From assembly GCA_030141605.1 (NCBI GenBank), contig JAQGDQ010000546.1, positions 62,001 to 126,000 on the forward strand: a stretch of 64,000 nt of DNA. The letters run 5' to 3'. Source of the stretch: Tubiluchus corallicola. Taxonomy: Eukaryota > Animalia > Priapulida. A program made the position numbers and the translations under genes. This document shows positions 42,039 to 56,434 of the stretch, piece by piece; positions within the stretch are counted from its first letter, which is position 1; the number at the start of each line of letters is the position of its first letter. The notes beneath the pieces were generated by a model. That model saw only the letters and a program-made list of their open reading frames with translations, did not search any database and had not been told where the DNA came from.

Positions 42039-42257
42039 TAGAAATAAGCGAAGCGCAAGTTAAAATCTTTGGTTTATTTCTTATCAGTTATCGGGCCAGG
42101 CAAGAGCCCTAGAAAAGAGCGTGCAGAAACACGAAATCACAATTTCAGACGTTATAACCGTTTTGCAGCCCGGCCGACATGTTCGCGTATCCCGATTGAG
42201 AAGTCGTTGTTCATTATGTTGCATTTTCAAATTTGTTTCGTGTAGGAAATAATTATT

Positions 42258-43622
42258 ATGGATAACGCTGCAACTCAACCCACGTCTACTACCGAACGAA
42301 AGTACGGCAAGATAATTATTACCTTAGAAAATTCAATTATACCAGAAGATAGATTAGATTCTACACCTTCCATGCAAGATGGTCTTGATAGAGAAGTCGA
42401 AACAGATTTGCGAATTTTGGGATGTGAACTTATCCAGTCGTCGGGTATTTTATTAAAGTTGCCCCAAGTGGCAATGGCAACCGCTCAGGTTTTGTTTCAG
42501 CGGTTTTATTATTCAAAGTCGTTCGTTAAACATCAAATGGAGCATTTGGCCATGGCTTGCATTAATTTAGCTTCTAAAATAGAAGAGGCGCCGAGAAGAA
42601 TTCGAGATGTGATTAATGTGTTTCACCACATTAAACAGATCATGGGACAGAAAAAGATACAACCACTTATTCTTGATCAAGGTTATGTAAATTTGAAGAA
42701 CCAAGTGATTAAGGCAGAACGGCGTGTGTTAAAAGAATTGGGATTTTGTGTTCATGTTAAACATCCTCACAAAATTATAGTAACTTACTTGCAAGTACTG
42801 AAATGTGAGCGAAACACGAAACTTATTCAAACTGCTTGGAATTATATGAACGATGGACTTCGAACTGATATATTTGTAAAATACGATCCGGAAACTATAG
42901 CATGCGCTTGCATATATTTGGCAGCCAGGCAGCTGAAGGTAGTTCTTCCAACAAAGCCTCCGTGGTTTTCAATTTTTACTGATAATTCTGAAGAAGATAT
43001 TCACAATATATGTCTGACTATCCTTCGCCTTTACGCGAGACCGAAACCAAACTACGAAGATTTGGAGCGTAAAGTCTCCGAGATGCGCAGGATTTTGGGT
43101 GAAGCAAAACTAAAAGCAAAGGGTCAGAGTACCTCAGCAGCAGCCACTCCTAATCCGGGAGGTTTTTCTCCTGGGTCCAGAACCGGATCCCCATCGAAAG
43201 ACGACGAAAAGAAAAAAGATGGAAACAAATCGAAAACCCGAGATGTATCAAATCAGAGAGATGTTAGTAATCATCACAAGAAAAAGCGAAGCCGCTCAAG
43301 AAGCCGACACAAAGCATTGCGTCACAGCAGCTCACGAAGTCCGTCTCCTAAGAGAGACAAAAGAGAAAAAGTATTGCCACGGGGTTATCAGCACTTAGAA
43401 AAGGAGCGAAGGCGAGTGGAGGGCCGGAGCAGGCAAGACGAGCATCGCCCGCGAAAGAAGAAACGGTCACATAGTGTGAGCAGATCGAGAAGCAGGACAC
43501 CAGAACGACGGTCGCACAAAAAATACAAGGAGAAATCGCGACACCACAAGTCGCACTCTCCTTCACACGAATCCAGGCGACACAAGAATCGTAGCGAGTC
43601 ACGTGACCATTATAAACGCTAG
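42258..43622 (+). CDS. CCNL1: Cyclin L (L1/L2-like), 454 aa, coding region intronless
   Basis: [77 protein letters not shown]; C-terminal RS/basic domain. AATAAA at ~43889. Confidence 0.96.
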   Translation: MDNAATQPTSTTERKYGKIIITLENSIIPEDRLDSTPSMQDGLDREVETDLRILGCELIQSSGILLKLPQVAMATAQVLFQRFYYSKSFVKHQMEHLAMACINLASKIEEAPRRIRDVINVFHHIKQIMGQKKIQPLILDQGYVNLKNQVIKAERRVLKELGFCVHVKHPHKIIVTYLQVLKCERNTKLIQTAWNYMNDGLRTDIFVKYDPETIACACIYLAARQLKVVLPTKPPWFSIFTDNSEEDIHNICLTILRLYARPKPNYEDLERKVSEMRRILGEAKLKAKGQSTSAAATPNPGGFSPGSRTGSPSKDDEKKKDGNKSKTRDVSNQRDVSNHHKKKRSRSRSRHKALRHSSSRSPSPKRDKREKVLPRGYQHLEKERRRVEGRSRQDEHRPRKKKRSHSVSRSRSRTPERRSHKKYKEKSRHHKSHSPSHESRRHKNRSESRDHYKR

Positions 43623-44318
43623 ACTGCGAGTAACATTGCCATTACAGTCGTTGATGTTTAAGTGGATGTATACTTGTATGTTTGTAAATTTAGGTCACTT
43701 ATAAAACATGGTTAGGATATTGCAGGCAACATATATAGAATTAAATTGATTCACTTATTTTTTCAGTAAGTGCTGTAAGCTACTTTACTTTGCCTTCACT
43801 TTGAATTAATTGTAAATATAGAAATTTGAAATTGTATTCTCAACAAGATTTGTTTGTGCTAGCTTGTTCTCAAGTTTTTTTACTTGCAAATAAAAATTGA
43901 TTTGCAAATTATTCACTGTAAGAAGTGCTAATATAATTTTTGTGCTGATTACAATACACAGTAGATTTTGTTTATTTATGGATTTGGCAATAGATAAGCT
44001 AACAGATAATTTAAAGTTCTGATATTAAAAGCAAAAATTTCATTTTTACACAATTTGGTGTAAATATAATAAATACTATTGATTGTCATCAACATAAATG
44101 GCAAAGCTATAGTGGTCTCACATGTGAATATTTACAACAGTGTCGTATAGCCATCAGTACTCCTGTTTTTAACTTTTTAAATGTGTTGTAAAATCTGCCA
44201 GAGAGAGCATTTGTGCACCATTACGGTGGCATTCTGATTTAAATAAAATAATTTTTCAGCACGTGAAGACAGAATTTTTCAATTTGCGTTTATGTGATTG
44301 TTGAAAAATAAGAGAAGC

Positions 44319-47300
44319 ATGTCTAACTGTACTGCTCACCAACACAAGTAAGTAAATAAATTTCAATGTTTGAACTTCTTTTCTGTTTTTACTGTATTTA
44401 GTTCAAAATTTGGCAACTTTGAAAAGTGCACTTTGAGCCTTGTTCACAATTATTTTTGCTTGCTTTGCATGTAAATGGGTGGCTTGTTTTTTTGTTGCCT
44501 GTTGTTCCTTTGAATGAAAATTTTTAGATTGTTATTGTTGAAACTTTTGTGCTTTTCTAACGATTTCTGAAATTCTGGTATATAAATACTGGTATATTTC
44601 CAGTACAGTCAATGAAGCATTTGTGGACTCTGTTGATGATAGCTTCTGTCCTCGCTTGGTCTACAAAATTACAGAGAATCCAGGATGGTTGTCTTCTTTT
44701 ATCTTTGGGCTTCAGGTGATTGCTGAACAGATGCTTTCATTACCTTTACACTCTCATACTGGTGCTTGCCATAGTTATTACAAAGCACATATGAAAAATT
44801 TCTATTGAAATACAACATTATGTTACATCTTATATACATGTTATTTTCTATATTAAATCTAGCTTTAGCTATGATAAAATGTCTGTGAATTTTAAATCTC
44901 TGCCATATTGCATATCAGCAATTAGTACAGTTATTATTTACCTTTAATTTTATAAGTTGTACAGGATATACTAAAAGAAACAGTGTACTAACAATTTAAC
45001 GTACATTCAAAGCTCTTTATTTTGCCAGTCTTGGGACTCCAAAAAAAGTTGTCAGAAACAAGTTTTGACATTATAATGATATGCATTAATACATACATAT
45101 CTATGCAAATATATCTAAGTACTTTGTTTTACCAGAAATTTGCGAGATTCGTGCTATTACGCATGGGGGGGGGGTAATAAGGTTTGTCTGTACTATAAGT
45201 ATAACCACACCAATATTACACCATCACAAAATACAACAAGTGTGACCAAACTAAGTTGTAAGATATGAAAATTGGAATAGTGGCGTAAAAATAGAATTCA
45301 TTTTAAATCATGCTATCATAACATAGATATCTTGTTCGTTTTATATTATTACTGCACCATTTCTTTTGGAACAACCTGTATAATGTATAACTAGCTGACT
45401 GTATCACTAGATGTCTAATGTGCTGAAGTACAGGGTGTATAACTTTGTGCTTCTATGTGTAGTTAGTATTATTATTATTCAATTTAATTTATATTTTTAC
45501 GTTTTGACATTTTGCAAACCAGATTAAGCAGTCAACTGTAAAGCCTATTGAATGTTGACGTTTATGCCTGGTCGGGATGGGCTTTACATATCTCATCGTG
45601 AAGGATAATCCTTTATGATGAGCCAGTTAATCAGAAGACATGCCTTAACCATGTCTGAAACTGGTGAAGTAAATAGCCTGCAGCACTATGGTAGATTAAG
45701 TTATGCAAAAACAGTTATCCATCCATTTACTGGCCTAGTTGAGCATTCACAGTAGAGCACACATTGTGATCATCCTGCTAGTTGGCCTCACATTAAAATA
45801 AGTAATTGCAAAAATTAAACAATTGTGCAACTTTTCTTTTGCAGCATTTGCTAGTTGCCATTGGCAACATCATCACCTGTTCAGTTGTTGTTGCGGAGAC
45901 CATCTGTGCAAATGAAGATGCTTACGTCTCAATATTCTGCAGTGTGTTGTTTATGTGTTCCATTTCTACTTTTCTCCAGGCCTCCTTTGGGTCTCGGTAT
46001 GAAAAATTCTGTAGTGTTGTGCATTTCCTCTTGATATACATAGCTATCGTCAAACAAAAGTAACGCAGTTATGCTGTCTGAGTTTTCACTTAATTTTCGG
46101 AGAAATGTGCCTTCTTAAATGAATTTCAGGGTAAATTGTCAAGAATAGAATAGAATAGATTAAAAATTTCTTTTTTCCTTAGATATTTAAGATTGTTGTG
46201 GCAAAACAGTTTAAGCTGTGTTTCTCACATTTTAAACCTGAGATTGTCGTTGACGTTGTACAATAGTGCACCAGAATACTGTAGTTTAGTTTTGCTTTTC
46301 CATTGCCTGTTGTTGGTTTCGGTAATAAAAGTTGGCCTCCTTCCGATTGTCTTGTGTCTTGTTGCTCAATTTTTCTATCAAATCTTTGGTTTAATTTAGT
46401 TGGCTTTGAATCACCTGTTACAATTCGGTTTACCAAAAGAGTTTTTCTAAAATCTGTATGCTTATCAATAGGAGTTATTTAGTTTTAATCTTTCTTCTGC
46501 ATCTGATTTGCCATTTTGAAGTAATTTTTATTTACATGTGGAAGAAACGTTGTCACGTTTTCTGTTTGTGTCCTTCGCATGTCATTGTTTGTTTTTGACA
46601 AGGTATTCTTACCATTCAGATCTATAGTTATACTAAGTGTTCAGTTAATCTTGAAAGTAGAGTGATTTTCTTGATTCTGCAAATTAGTAACTAGTATTGG
46701 TTGAAACAGTAGTATGTATTATGCCAAACAAACGGCAAACTTTTACGTAGTGTATGCGTGCTAATAGAACACTGTGTGTTGTACATTTGTGTTTTAATTT
46801 TGTATTCGCTGACTAGTCCGGTCCTAGTCTCGCAAGCATTTCGAAGACAATAACAACATTCTATATTAGTTTTGATATAATTGTTGTTTCAAGTATTTGC
46901 CTTTTAATTTCTACAAATCAAAATATTCGTGCATTTCGGCAACATTTGTGTGGCAACTGTACATGATTGTGTGTGCACAAATATAAGTATACAAAGATAT
47001 TTTAGTTGAGCAGTTTAAATTTAGTGTTTAATTGTGCAATGTTTTAAAAAATAAACGTTTTTTAAGTATTGTGGGATACATTGCTCAAAACTGAAAATGC
47101 ATGTTTTTGAATATTATTAAAATTCATAATAATTTTCTTTGGGTTTGTTATTGATAAGACATACTGAATAATGAGTCTGGTCATTGGAGAGCTCTCATTA
47201 TTTACGTAGGTACATTACACGTATTTCTAATACACGTACTAGAGAAACCAAACTTTATGATTTCTAATATTAGGAAGTATTTTTTTTAGTCTCCCTGTAT

Positions 47301-50300
47301 TTGAAGGTGCAAATAGTATGAGCATGCAAGTTGTGACGGCATTGATGATGTTACCTGAATGGAAGTGCCCGGCGTTGTCCCCAGTAGGAGGTAACACATT
47401 GTGCACCTTGCTGTTTTATGTGTCATTTGAAATAGTTTATCTAGAATTTATTTAATTTTTATTACAAATACTTTGTACATATTGATCAAAATTTGTGCAA
47501 AAGTTATAAAAATCAGAAAATTACTCAGATGAACATTTTGTTAAAGTGTTGAAGCACACGTGCAATGCAATGCAAATGTGCATGGCACAAATCAGTTCAT
47601 ATTAGTTTTTGCAAAACAAGTTTTGTGACCGTACTTAAGGGTTTATATAAAATGGAAGCCTTGGACACAATAGTACATGTTCAGAACTGTTCTGACTAAA
47701 CATTCTTAATACAGTAAATAAGAAACGGGAAAGAATGAAAAAAGGTTGTAAAGAAAGAAGATAAGTAGAGAAAGAAGACAGAGTGGGAGGGAAGAGAGTT
47801 TTAGGAAAGAGAAGCATGATTGAGAGTGGGAGGCAGAAGTGATGAGAAGGAGCAAAAATGGGCAATTTTTGCAATTTGCTCAAGAATATTTTTACCTTTT
47901 TAACTGTAGCAATATTCTTGAGTGGTTATTCCAGAAAATGAGAGTTTTGGCAGGCTATATAAGCAATATTTCGTACATCTAAATTCTGACCTCGTCATTA
48001 AAGTACCTGTTGTTTAATTTGCTGTTGATGTTGTAGATAAAGTGTTGGATGAAACCCTTGATAATATGATGGCACGTAATTCAACTGATAGTCCAGTAGT
48101 CAATGAAGTGGAACCTTGGATTGTACGACTCAGAGAGGTATATCAAAGTATTCCAATGGTCTATATATCTGTAAAGTACTGCGACAAGTACGGCTGATTT
48201 ATTTCATATCAAAATCTGGCTGATTAATTGTTGAGAAAGTAGTGTGTTTCAATTGATACTGAGTCTGAAACAGAATTATAAAAACTAAAAAAGGAAAGTA
48301 TGTAATATGTTGTCGGGGGAATGACCAAGTGATCGTACTGTGCTTAGCAGTGGAAGTCAAATAATACTGCCAGTGAATGGGTAGATGACCGCCATGTTCA
48401 ATATTTTCTTCTAGTGGTTTTATGTGCTTTGTTGGTTCTGCTTGTTTACTTTATTGTGGGAGGAATGCATACAAATCAGTATATGTCTAAGATACCTCTG
48501 TAGGCCCAGTGTCTCATCTTGGAAGATTATCCTTAATAATGTACTAGATTTGGTCTTGCCACAAGCATCCACATTATGTAGGGTCTTTCACCAAGTGTTG
48601 TTTTCCAGTTTTCCAGACGCTTAATTGTATAAAACGACGCCTAGAAACTCTTGAATATTTTTACACAAAGCAGAATGTTCACATTTCATTGCAAGCATAC
48701 AGCCAAACCTCGTTATAATGTTAATGTTACCACTTAAAACGGATATTCAGGAATACACTGTCATTTGTTACCAGTTCATTCAAGTTTACACTTGATGCAA
48801 TTAAGGAAAAAGAAAACTTTGCTAGAAGTTATTTGCAAAACAAATAGTGAGTTACCTTTATTTTTTTAATCAGGTTTTATTGAGGATTACATGGTTTTTA
48901 CTAGCAGGTTGCACTATAATACTGTAATATTGCACTTTTTATTATCTTATTGTCTACAGTCAATGTATTTTTAATTGTTAATGTAAATTTATTCAGTTTT
49001 TTAACTGTAATTTTGTGCATAAATAAACGTTTCTATCTATCATTCAGCTTTTGTATTTGTTTCAGCTGCAAGGTTCAACGATGGTTGCATTTGCTATACA
49101 GACACTTCTGGGTTTCTCAGGTGTTATAGGGTTTTTGCTTAAGTTTGTTGGGCCTCTGACTGTTGTTCCTATGATTTCGTTACTCGGATTGGGCCTGTAT
49201 GACGTCATTAACGGATTAGCTGAGAAGGAATGGGGAACGGCCATGCTGTAAGCTTACTTTATAAATTTCCTTATTACTGCCTCAGGGGAAGTAATGTTTT
49301 GTCAGTTGGTTAGTTAATTTATTAGTTAACAAAAGAAGATTATGCAAAAATTAGTTCACCCTGTTTACCGATTTTGACGAAACTTCCTTTAGGGATGAGA
49401 CAAGAAAAAGTGCTTGTTTGGTATATCAGGGAGAAACGGGGACGAGGGATGCCAAAGTGGCGGTTTTGAGAGAGTTTTGTAGCTCTTTAGAAAAGGAGTA
49501 ATTGTGCTAGAAGATACTTTAGCTCTTTTTTCTAAACATGTCCAGCAGAAAGAAGGACAATGATTTAACTAGTTGGTCGTTGTCAGTTTATTTGGAAGGA
49601 AGCAATTTGAATATAAGTTCATTGAATCATGTGAAATCGGCGTCATCAATTTTATTCTAAGATTGTGCATATTATATTTTTGGCAATATATTTGTGAAAA
49701 GGTCGTAATGTCGAAAAGTTGACATAAAAAAGAAAAATACACTAGATTTACTGCAACAAGTGTAATTTCCATGTTGCATTTTGGGGAATGATGCATTACT
49801 GTTGTTGTGACGTCATCAGTTACTCTTTGTGTATAACCCTTTCTCATTATGCATGCAAATATGCTATAATTAACGATTAGGGCATTAGAACAATTACTGA
49901 CAATGTCTTAAACTAAGCAGCTGAGTAGTTTAGTCAAGTATATTTGACAGGCCTGTACTAGTGTTTGTTTAGTTGTAGTTGCATCAGATTTCACAATTTC
50001 TTGCTGTTTTAATTGAGATCATGTATTAAACCTTTTAAAAGAGACAGTAATTGTTTTTAGAATTAATTAACCTACTTTTTTAATTTTCAGGGTTTCAATT
50101 CTGATGCCATTGTTTGCATTTGTGTTTGGCCGTTATGCCGTTCCATATCCTGCATATACCCAAATGAAGAAATGTCACATTAAACATAGCTACATATTTA
50201 AATTATATCCGGTAACTTGAATTGTTTAAATTTTTACTGCTGTGTGCTGAGAAAGATTAGTACGTGTAGCACTAACAAAAAGGGAGTTTAGCAAATGCTA

Positions 50301-53300
50301 TTGATGTTTTTATTGCATTTGACTGGTTTGTTGTTGTCACTTAACCTTCAGTGGCTGTTGGCATTTAGGATGATTTGTATAAATAATAGCTTTTATGAAC
50401 AAATATGCAAAAACAGACATTTTTATGGAACTTTATACTGCTTGTCAAACACTTATCATAATATTATGTTGAGACTTTTTAATTTTCCTGTACTTATAGA
50501 TGATTTTGGCAATCTTGGTGGCTTGGTTATTTTGTGGGATTCTAACCTGGACCAGTGTCCTTCCAACGAACTCAGGTGCTTATGGGTATTATATACGGAC
50601 AGATATTTATACTGACCGTGTCCAGAAAGCAGGCTGGATTTACCTCCCTTATCCAGGTAAATGTAGCGACTGGATCACAGGGTTTTTGGATTCCGGGGAT
50701 AAAGACATTTAAAATGAGGTACCATAAAAAGAATGTTGTCCATTGTTTAACCACCACCAATGTGATACTCCCATTTTCCAGAATTATATTTATTGTTGAA
50801 TAAGTTTTTTTGTTGTGTTTTGCAAAATAAATTGAAAACATGCTTTGAAAATCAGAATTAAAAACTGTTTTTAATTCAGGTCAGTTAGGTTGTAGGTGAG
50901 TGAAGACATCCCACTTCGCACAAATGACATGAGTTCGATACTCTCTGGGCATTATATATATATCACTTATAAACTTGGTTGTTCACCTCTTGGAGGAAGT
51001 TTGTATGCAGTGGCACAGGAGCCACTGGGGCAGAGGGGCTGCAGCCCCTTGCCCTGTTTCAAGGGGGCAGTGCGGGAGCAAAACTTTGCCTTTTTGATGG
51101 AAAAATGGTGGTTATCCATGATTGCCCCAAACGTTTACGGGAACATTTATTTTAAAAGAAATATGTGATAGGCAGAAGGCATTTGGGGTGCCTTAGATAT
51201 ACCCTTATATATAAACCATGTTGTTTTTAGCGTGGCCACAGAAATATGGGTAAACAAAATGTGCCCTTTTCATAAATTCTGCCTCCTGTCATTTGCTGCT
51301 GGCACCCCTGTATTATGTATGTACAGCTGAACATGACTAAGGCACTTCTGCTGGTTCAGTGACTCATCTTAGGGTGTTATTTTGATAATGAGCTAGTATC
51401 CGGTGATGCCACAAACATCTCATTGTTGGTGGTGAGCAAGTGCAGAATTCTCGAGTGCTTATCAAAATAAACTCTTGTGGCTTAAGCAGAATCATAGCAT
51501 ATGTACCTTCGAGAGCAAAATCCTAGCTAATTAAAATGGAATTGTCACTTAGTGAATGCTCAGATTAGCTTAAAGAAGTTTTAGAATACGTGACATTCAT
51601 TAGCCTGAGAAGCCTGAAATAAGTCTAATTTCACTAATGTAGATACATTTCTGTATATGTCAACTCTCTGAAAAACGTTTATGTTTTCACCCAATTGTGT
51701 ATGTGATGTTTGTGCTTTTGTGTATTTTTCAGGTAAATATGGACGCCCAACAATCAGTGTTGCTGGTTTCACTCTTGGCATCATGACGTTTATATGCGTT
51801 ATAGTGAAAGACATTGGTGATTATAATGCATTAGCTCAGATAACCAGAATACCTCAACCACCTAGCCATGCTGTTAATAGAGGTATAATATAATAGATTA
51901 CTACATAGAGTATGTCACAGTTTGAAGTGACAGTTTTGCAGTAACAACTTTATGTTTGTTGCTCTGCGATACCATTACATTGAAAAAAGTGGAACTTGTA
52001 CTAAAATGATCAAATTTATTTAGCAACCTAAACTAGTATTGCGGTTACTACTGAAGAGATCGTTGCATTTTATTAACACTGCTGACTTGCAAACATCTTG
52101 TAAATGCTTAAAGATCTCTTCTGACAAAAACTTTTTTAAATCTTCTCTACTTTTATAGTGTGTGAAATGAATTTAAAAAATAATGAAACTTGCTGTAAAT
52201 TGTAAAATTAACATGAAGTGAATTTATATGTTTTCCTCTGTGTCAATGCTTCAGTGTTTTCTGTAATGCTGGTGTAAATCTTTAGAATTATTTTGTTTTT
52301 GTTTATTTTATTTGTAAGAATTTATGCATACATAGTGAACAGCTAACATTTTATAATACGTGTAATTTTTTATTAAAAGCATTATATCAGCTACAAACTC
52401 CTAGTAGTTGAAATGTTACTTATCATCACAATTAATTCTTTTTTGCGTGATATTAAGCATTTTGCTTTTATTAAGAGTTTGATGACTTTAGTCTGTGTGT
52501 TTTAAGCAAGCAGTTTATTTTAATAATATAGCAATGTAACTTTTGTTGTCACAGCTTTCCCTTTAATTTAGAAATCTGTAAAATTATCTATTTCTAAGTC
52601 ATGGTTAACAATTGCAAAGCTGAATTTTGAATTTTAATTTGCAGTATTATATTTTGTAGGTGTGTTTGTCCAGGGAATCAGTGTTGTCTTGGGTGTGGCA
52701 TGCGGCTCTCCAATTCCCTCAATACCATATGGTCAGAACCATGGTTTAATCAGCCTAACCAAAGTGTGCAGCCGAAGAGTCATGTACTGCACAGGCATCA
52801 TTTTACTAGTCTTCTGTTTGCTGTCCAAAATTGCAGCTGTGCTGACATGTCTACCTGATCCAGTGATAGGTGGGTGTGCAGTTTGTGACATATCAGTGTG
52901 AACATGCCTTATTTGTTCAGCAGTGCAGTAATAACCTTTTATGGCAATTTCTCCGGCCAACGAAGAAACTCAAGACAATGCAAATAGTCTAGAGGTTTAA
53001 TTTGTGTTATTAGCTTCTTAGATAGCAATAGGAGAAATCTTGACAGCAACTAGTAAACCAGGCAGATCGTTTTCATATCAGCAATGCCAGAACTATCTTA
53101 TTGCAAGCAGTTTGCACTGCTGAGATTGTTGTTGCTTTAGTATGTCATCAAAACTTTTAAAAGTAATAGTTCATTCAACAAAAGGTGGAGCGTCGATACT
53201 TGTTTGTATTTTTATTCAAAACTGCCTTATTAACTTATATTGTACATTAGTAATTGTCAAGCTTATCAGTTAGTTCAGCAGAGTAATGCATAAAATAATC

Positions 53301-55380
53301 AGGATTGCTCATTTTGGTTAAAATTTTGTACAATGGTATAGAGTCCATCAAACTGATTAATTTTGGATATGAAAATCATCCAATATGGCCATTCTCATGA
53401 CCGCCAAATTGGTTTTAGCATATTACATAGGTCATGCCTTAGCTGTCAAAGCAGCTAAGATGACAGTACTGTTGTCTAAATATAGGTTTTCAAGGTCAAG
53501 CAATCCACGTCTGATGCTTAAACCACGACATACCTCATTTAGGGTCTAAAAACGGATGCCGAGATGAGCAATTATCCAAAACTAATCATATTGAATGGAT
53601 TAGCCTTCTGCAAAGGTTTACAACTTTTAGGCAAAATGAGCAATTTTTTCATCATTTTGCAGAAGTAAATTATAAAAATTTGGCTATAATGGTTTGGGTT
53701 TTGAACAATTTTTATTTTGAAGGTTATGAAAGTTGTTGAAAGCAGCCAAAAGTATTTATTCTAATTTGCTTTAGAGGAATAGTCTGTATTTTTCATGTAT
53801 TTGCACAGCCCCATTTTGTGTGCTAGACTATAGGAGTGATTCACGATGCAATCCATCAGTTGTGAACTACTAGAAAGCAGCAACTTTCTTTTTATAGCAT
53901 ATTCTTTCATAATTTGCAATTTTTACTCTAGGTGGAGTGATGCTCATTAGTATGGCTATTGTTATATCTGTCGGCTTGCTCAATTTAAAAAGACTGGAGT
54001 TGCAATCTGGCCGTAATCAGTTTGTTTTAGGCTTTGCTCTGTTGCTACCTCTGTGTACCTCGTCGTGGTTACGTGAAAATCCAAATGCTATAAATACAGG
54101 TCAGTAACTGTACTGGGAAACGAGCAAACAAACTCCGTCTAGATCAGATTTTTGGGCAAGAGAATTTCTTGAAGTGCAAACAAATATTTTCCATATGCAA
54201 GACGTGTTGTGGTTCAGCCACATAAATTATTAAATCAAGTTTGCTAAAATGAAGTATTTATTATTTTACTTTTGGATTGTAAAATTCATAAGAAATATTT
54301 TGTCACCTAGCTTGGCAATTTCGCAGCCTGAAAAATTGTGAAAAGCTCTTGTGTTTTCCTTTGTTTCATTTCACAGCTGCGAGTTCATTTTTGGCATTGC
54401 CATAATTATTAAGAATTGTGTGTAAGCTGAAAGCTTATTGGTTTAGTTATAAGTTGACTTACCAGAGGTATCATTTATTGGTGAGTAATTTTTTCTACAG
54501 GCACGTGTTGTAACAAATTGATGTTAGAAGGTATTAAAAGCAGATTTGGTGATCGCTTTTGAGGCAAACTCACGTTTTTCGACATTTTGTTTTTATTATT
54601 GAGTTTAATAAAAAGTGAAGAAATTCAAAATAAAAAGAAAACTAGAGTTCAAATTGATGATATTTCTGCTTGGAATCATGTCGACGTACTGCATCTTCAC
54701 TTTTGACAGTTGTGGTCTAGCCTCACGTTTTCAAGTGTTTGAAACTGTTTTGAAAAATCTTAGCTAATTGTTTCACCTATAATGTTACCTGACTACACAG
54801 AAAGCAAAACATCATATCAGACCCCTGACTCTGTTAGTCTAGCTGAAATATATAAATCATTCTTTAAGATTTTGTTACACTAAGAAATGAGGGAGATTTG
54901 AGTTTTTTCTAATGCATCCCAAAAAGAAGACCAAGCCTGTTTTATTTACAACTAGTAATCACGTGCTTGGCAATAGGTTTCGAGAGTATATTCGATTAAT
55001 GTAATTAGAATACATTCTGGTTTATGTACTAATTTGTGTACTTAATTATTTGTATCAATCTGAAATGTTTTCTTGAAATTGACCTCTTCACAGGTGTTCC
55101 TGAAATAGACAATATTATCAGCATCATTCTCAGCACGCCGATGTTTCTTGGTGCCATAGTAGGATGCTTCTTAGACAATATTCTACCTGCCACTCCTGAA
55201 GAACGAGGTCTTGTGCACCAGAATTATAGCAGCTCTAAGAATGAACGTGAATGCGACGTTTATTCGTTTTCGTTTACGCACAAGTTAAGATCCATGAATT
55301 ACAGGTGGTTACGGAAAGTTCCTGTTTCCTCACTGTTTCAGCATGAGTTTGATGACGACATTAGCTTGACCTCATTTTAG
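44319..55380 (+). CDS. SLC23 / nucleobase-ascorbate transporter (NAT/NCS2) family member, 12 coding exons
   Basis: Phase-compatible exons 44319-44347, 44604-44715, 45845-45996, 47290-47390, 48037-48137, 49066-49247, 50091-50211, 50500-50656, 51733-51882, 52660-52869, 53932-54099, 55094-55380. Motifs GLQH, LRELQG, GPLTVVP, IGDY, PPSHAVNRG, QNHGLISLTKVCSR, LPDPVIGG, LDNILPATPEERG. First exon least certain. Confidence 0.92.
44962..45378. mobile_element. Tc1/mariner-like MITE
   Basis: TA|CAGGATATACTAAAAGAAACAGTG ... CACCATTTCTTTTGGAACAACCTG|TA: imperfect 24-bp TIRs with TA duplication. Confidence 0.7.
53300..53646. repeat. ~65-bp degenerate inverted repeat pair (MITE remnant)
   Basis: attgctcattttggttaaaattttgta..tccatcaaactgattaattttggata versus tatccaaaactaatcatattgaatgga..tacaacttttaggcaaaatgagcaat. 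Confidence 0.6.
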
Positions 55381-56406
55381 ACTGTGGCTGTTTATGTTAC
55401 AACATTAAGACAGGTAAATGAAGTTTACATTTGTGATACATTAGATGTCTTGCTCACTGAGACTGATTGGTACTATGATTGGAGTATATATGGGAATTTC
55501 GCCATCATCGTTATTGTGTATGTGATACAATTATTTTTAATGATTCAGTGACTCAGGAAACATGACAGTATTGGATATTACAGCTTTGTCGCTCTATGAC
55601 GACATGAGAGATATATCTGCTGCAAGCCAGCAGGTTATAATAATAAATAATAATGTCGTTGTTTAATGAGTAGTAATGAAAAAGCCGTTTAAGAAATGCT
55701 TGTCTTGGATTCACTCACCTGTGTTATCACTTTAAACTTATTATAGGGTGGATTTTCAAAATTTAATATTGAAACATGTGAAAATCTATATATTATCTTT
55801 GTGAAAGACAAACTTGTAAATAGTAGTGTGATCAGTATATTGAAATAATAGTTAGGGACTTAGAGTTTAATGTGGGTAATGTAGACAACGTCTTTTACAA
55901 AAACATAATTACAATTATAAAACGTAAGTAATTTAATGCCTGGGTTTTGTTGTTAGTTTTGAAAATAATTTCCTGATTGATCGAATTTTGACCTACATTG
56001 TGCATGTTCACTGCTTTTGCCTTTTTTCAATATGTTCTTATGATTTAGATAAGAATGTGGACGAAAGTGAATGAGTCTTTCAAATGTTAGCTGGGCTATT
56101 GTTATGTGATAGCCGCTTGAAACTTGCTTTAAGTGCCAAAAAGGCACTGCTGATGCTTATACAGTATGGTAGCTGTATTTTCCGCTGCAGCAATTGTAAA
56201 ATAGTTTCCTTTGTCAATCATATTTGTGGTCGTTTTTTGTCTTATTATTTTTATGTTTATAATTGTGTATTTTGTGTCATGCCATCATGCAGCGTCTTCT
56301 GTAGAAAATTATCGAAAATCTGTGGGATCGCATATTTTTCTTATGTTACCATTTGAAGTACCAAGTAAATTATTCTTTTTCATACGTCTTTTTGAAAAAT
56401 TAAGTC

Positions 56407-56434
56407 ACTGACTGACTGACTGACTGACTGACTG
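56407..56434. repeat. (CTGA)n microsatellite
   Basis: About 7 units, directly visible. Confidence 0.9.

Noticed and set aside
41843-42058. Poly-Asn ORF
   Set aside because: It is only the reverse-strand reading of the (ATT)n microsatellite.
43348-43602. Antisense ORFs over cyclin L
   Set aside because: Shadows of the low-complexity RS domain.
51008-51310. GC-rich hAT-like MITE (cagtggc...cccctg)
   Set aside because: TIR match weak and no clear target duplication; plausible but unsupported.
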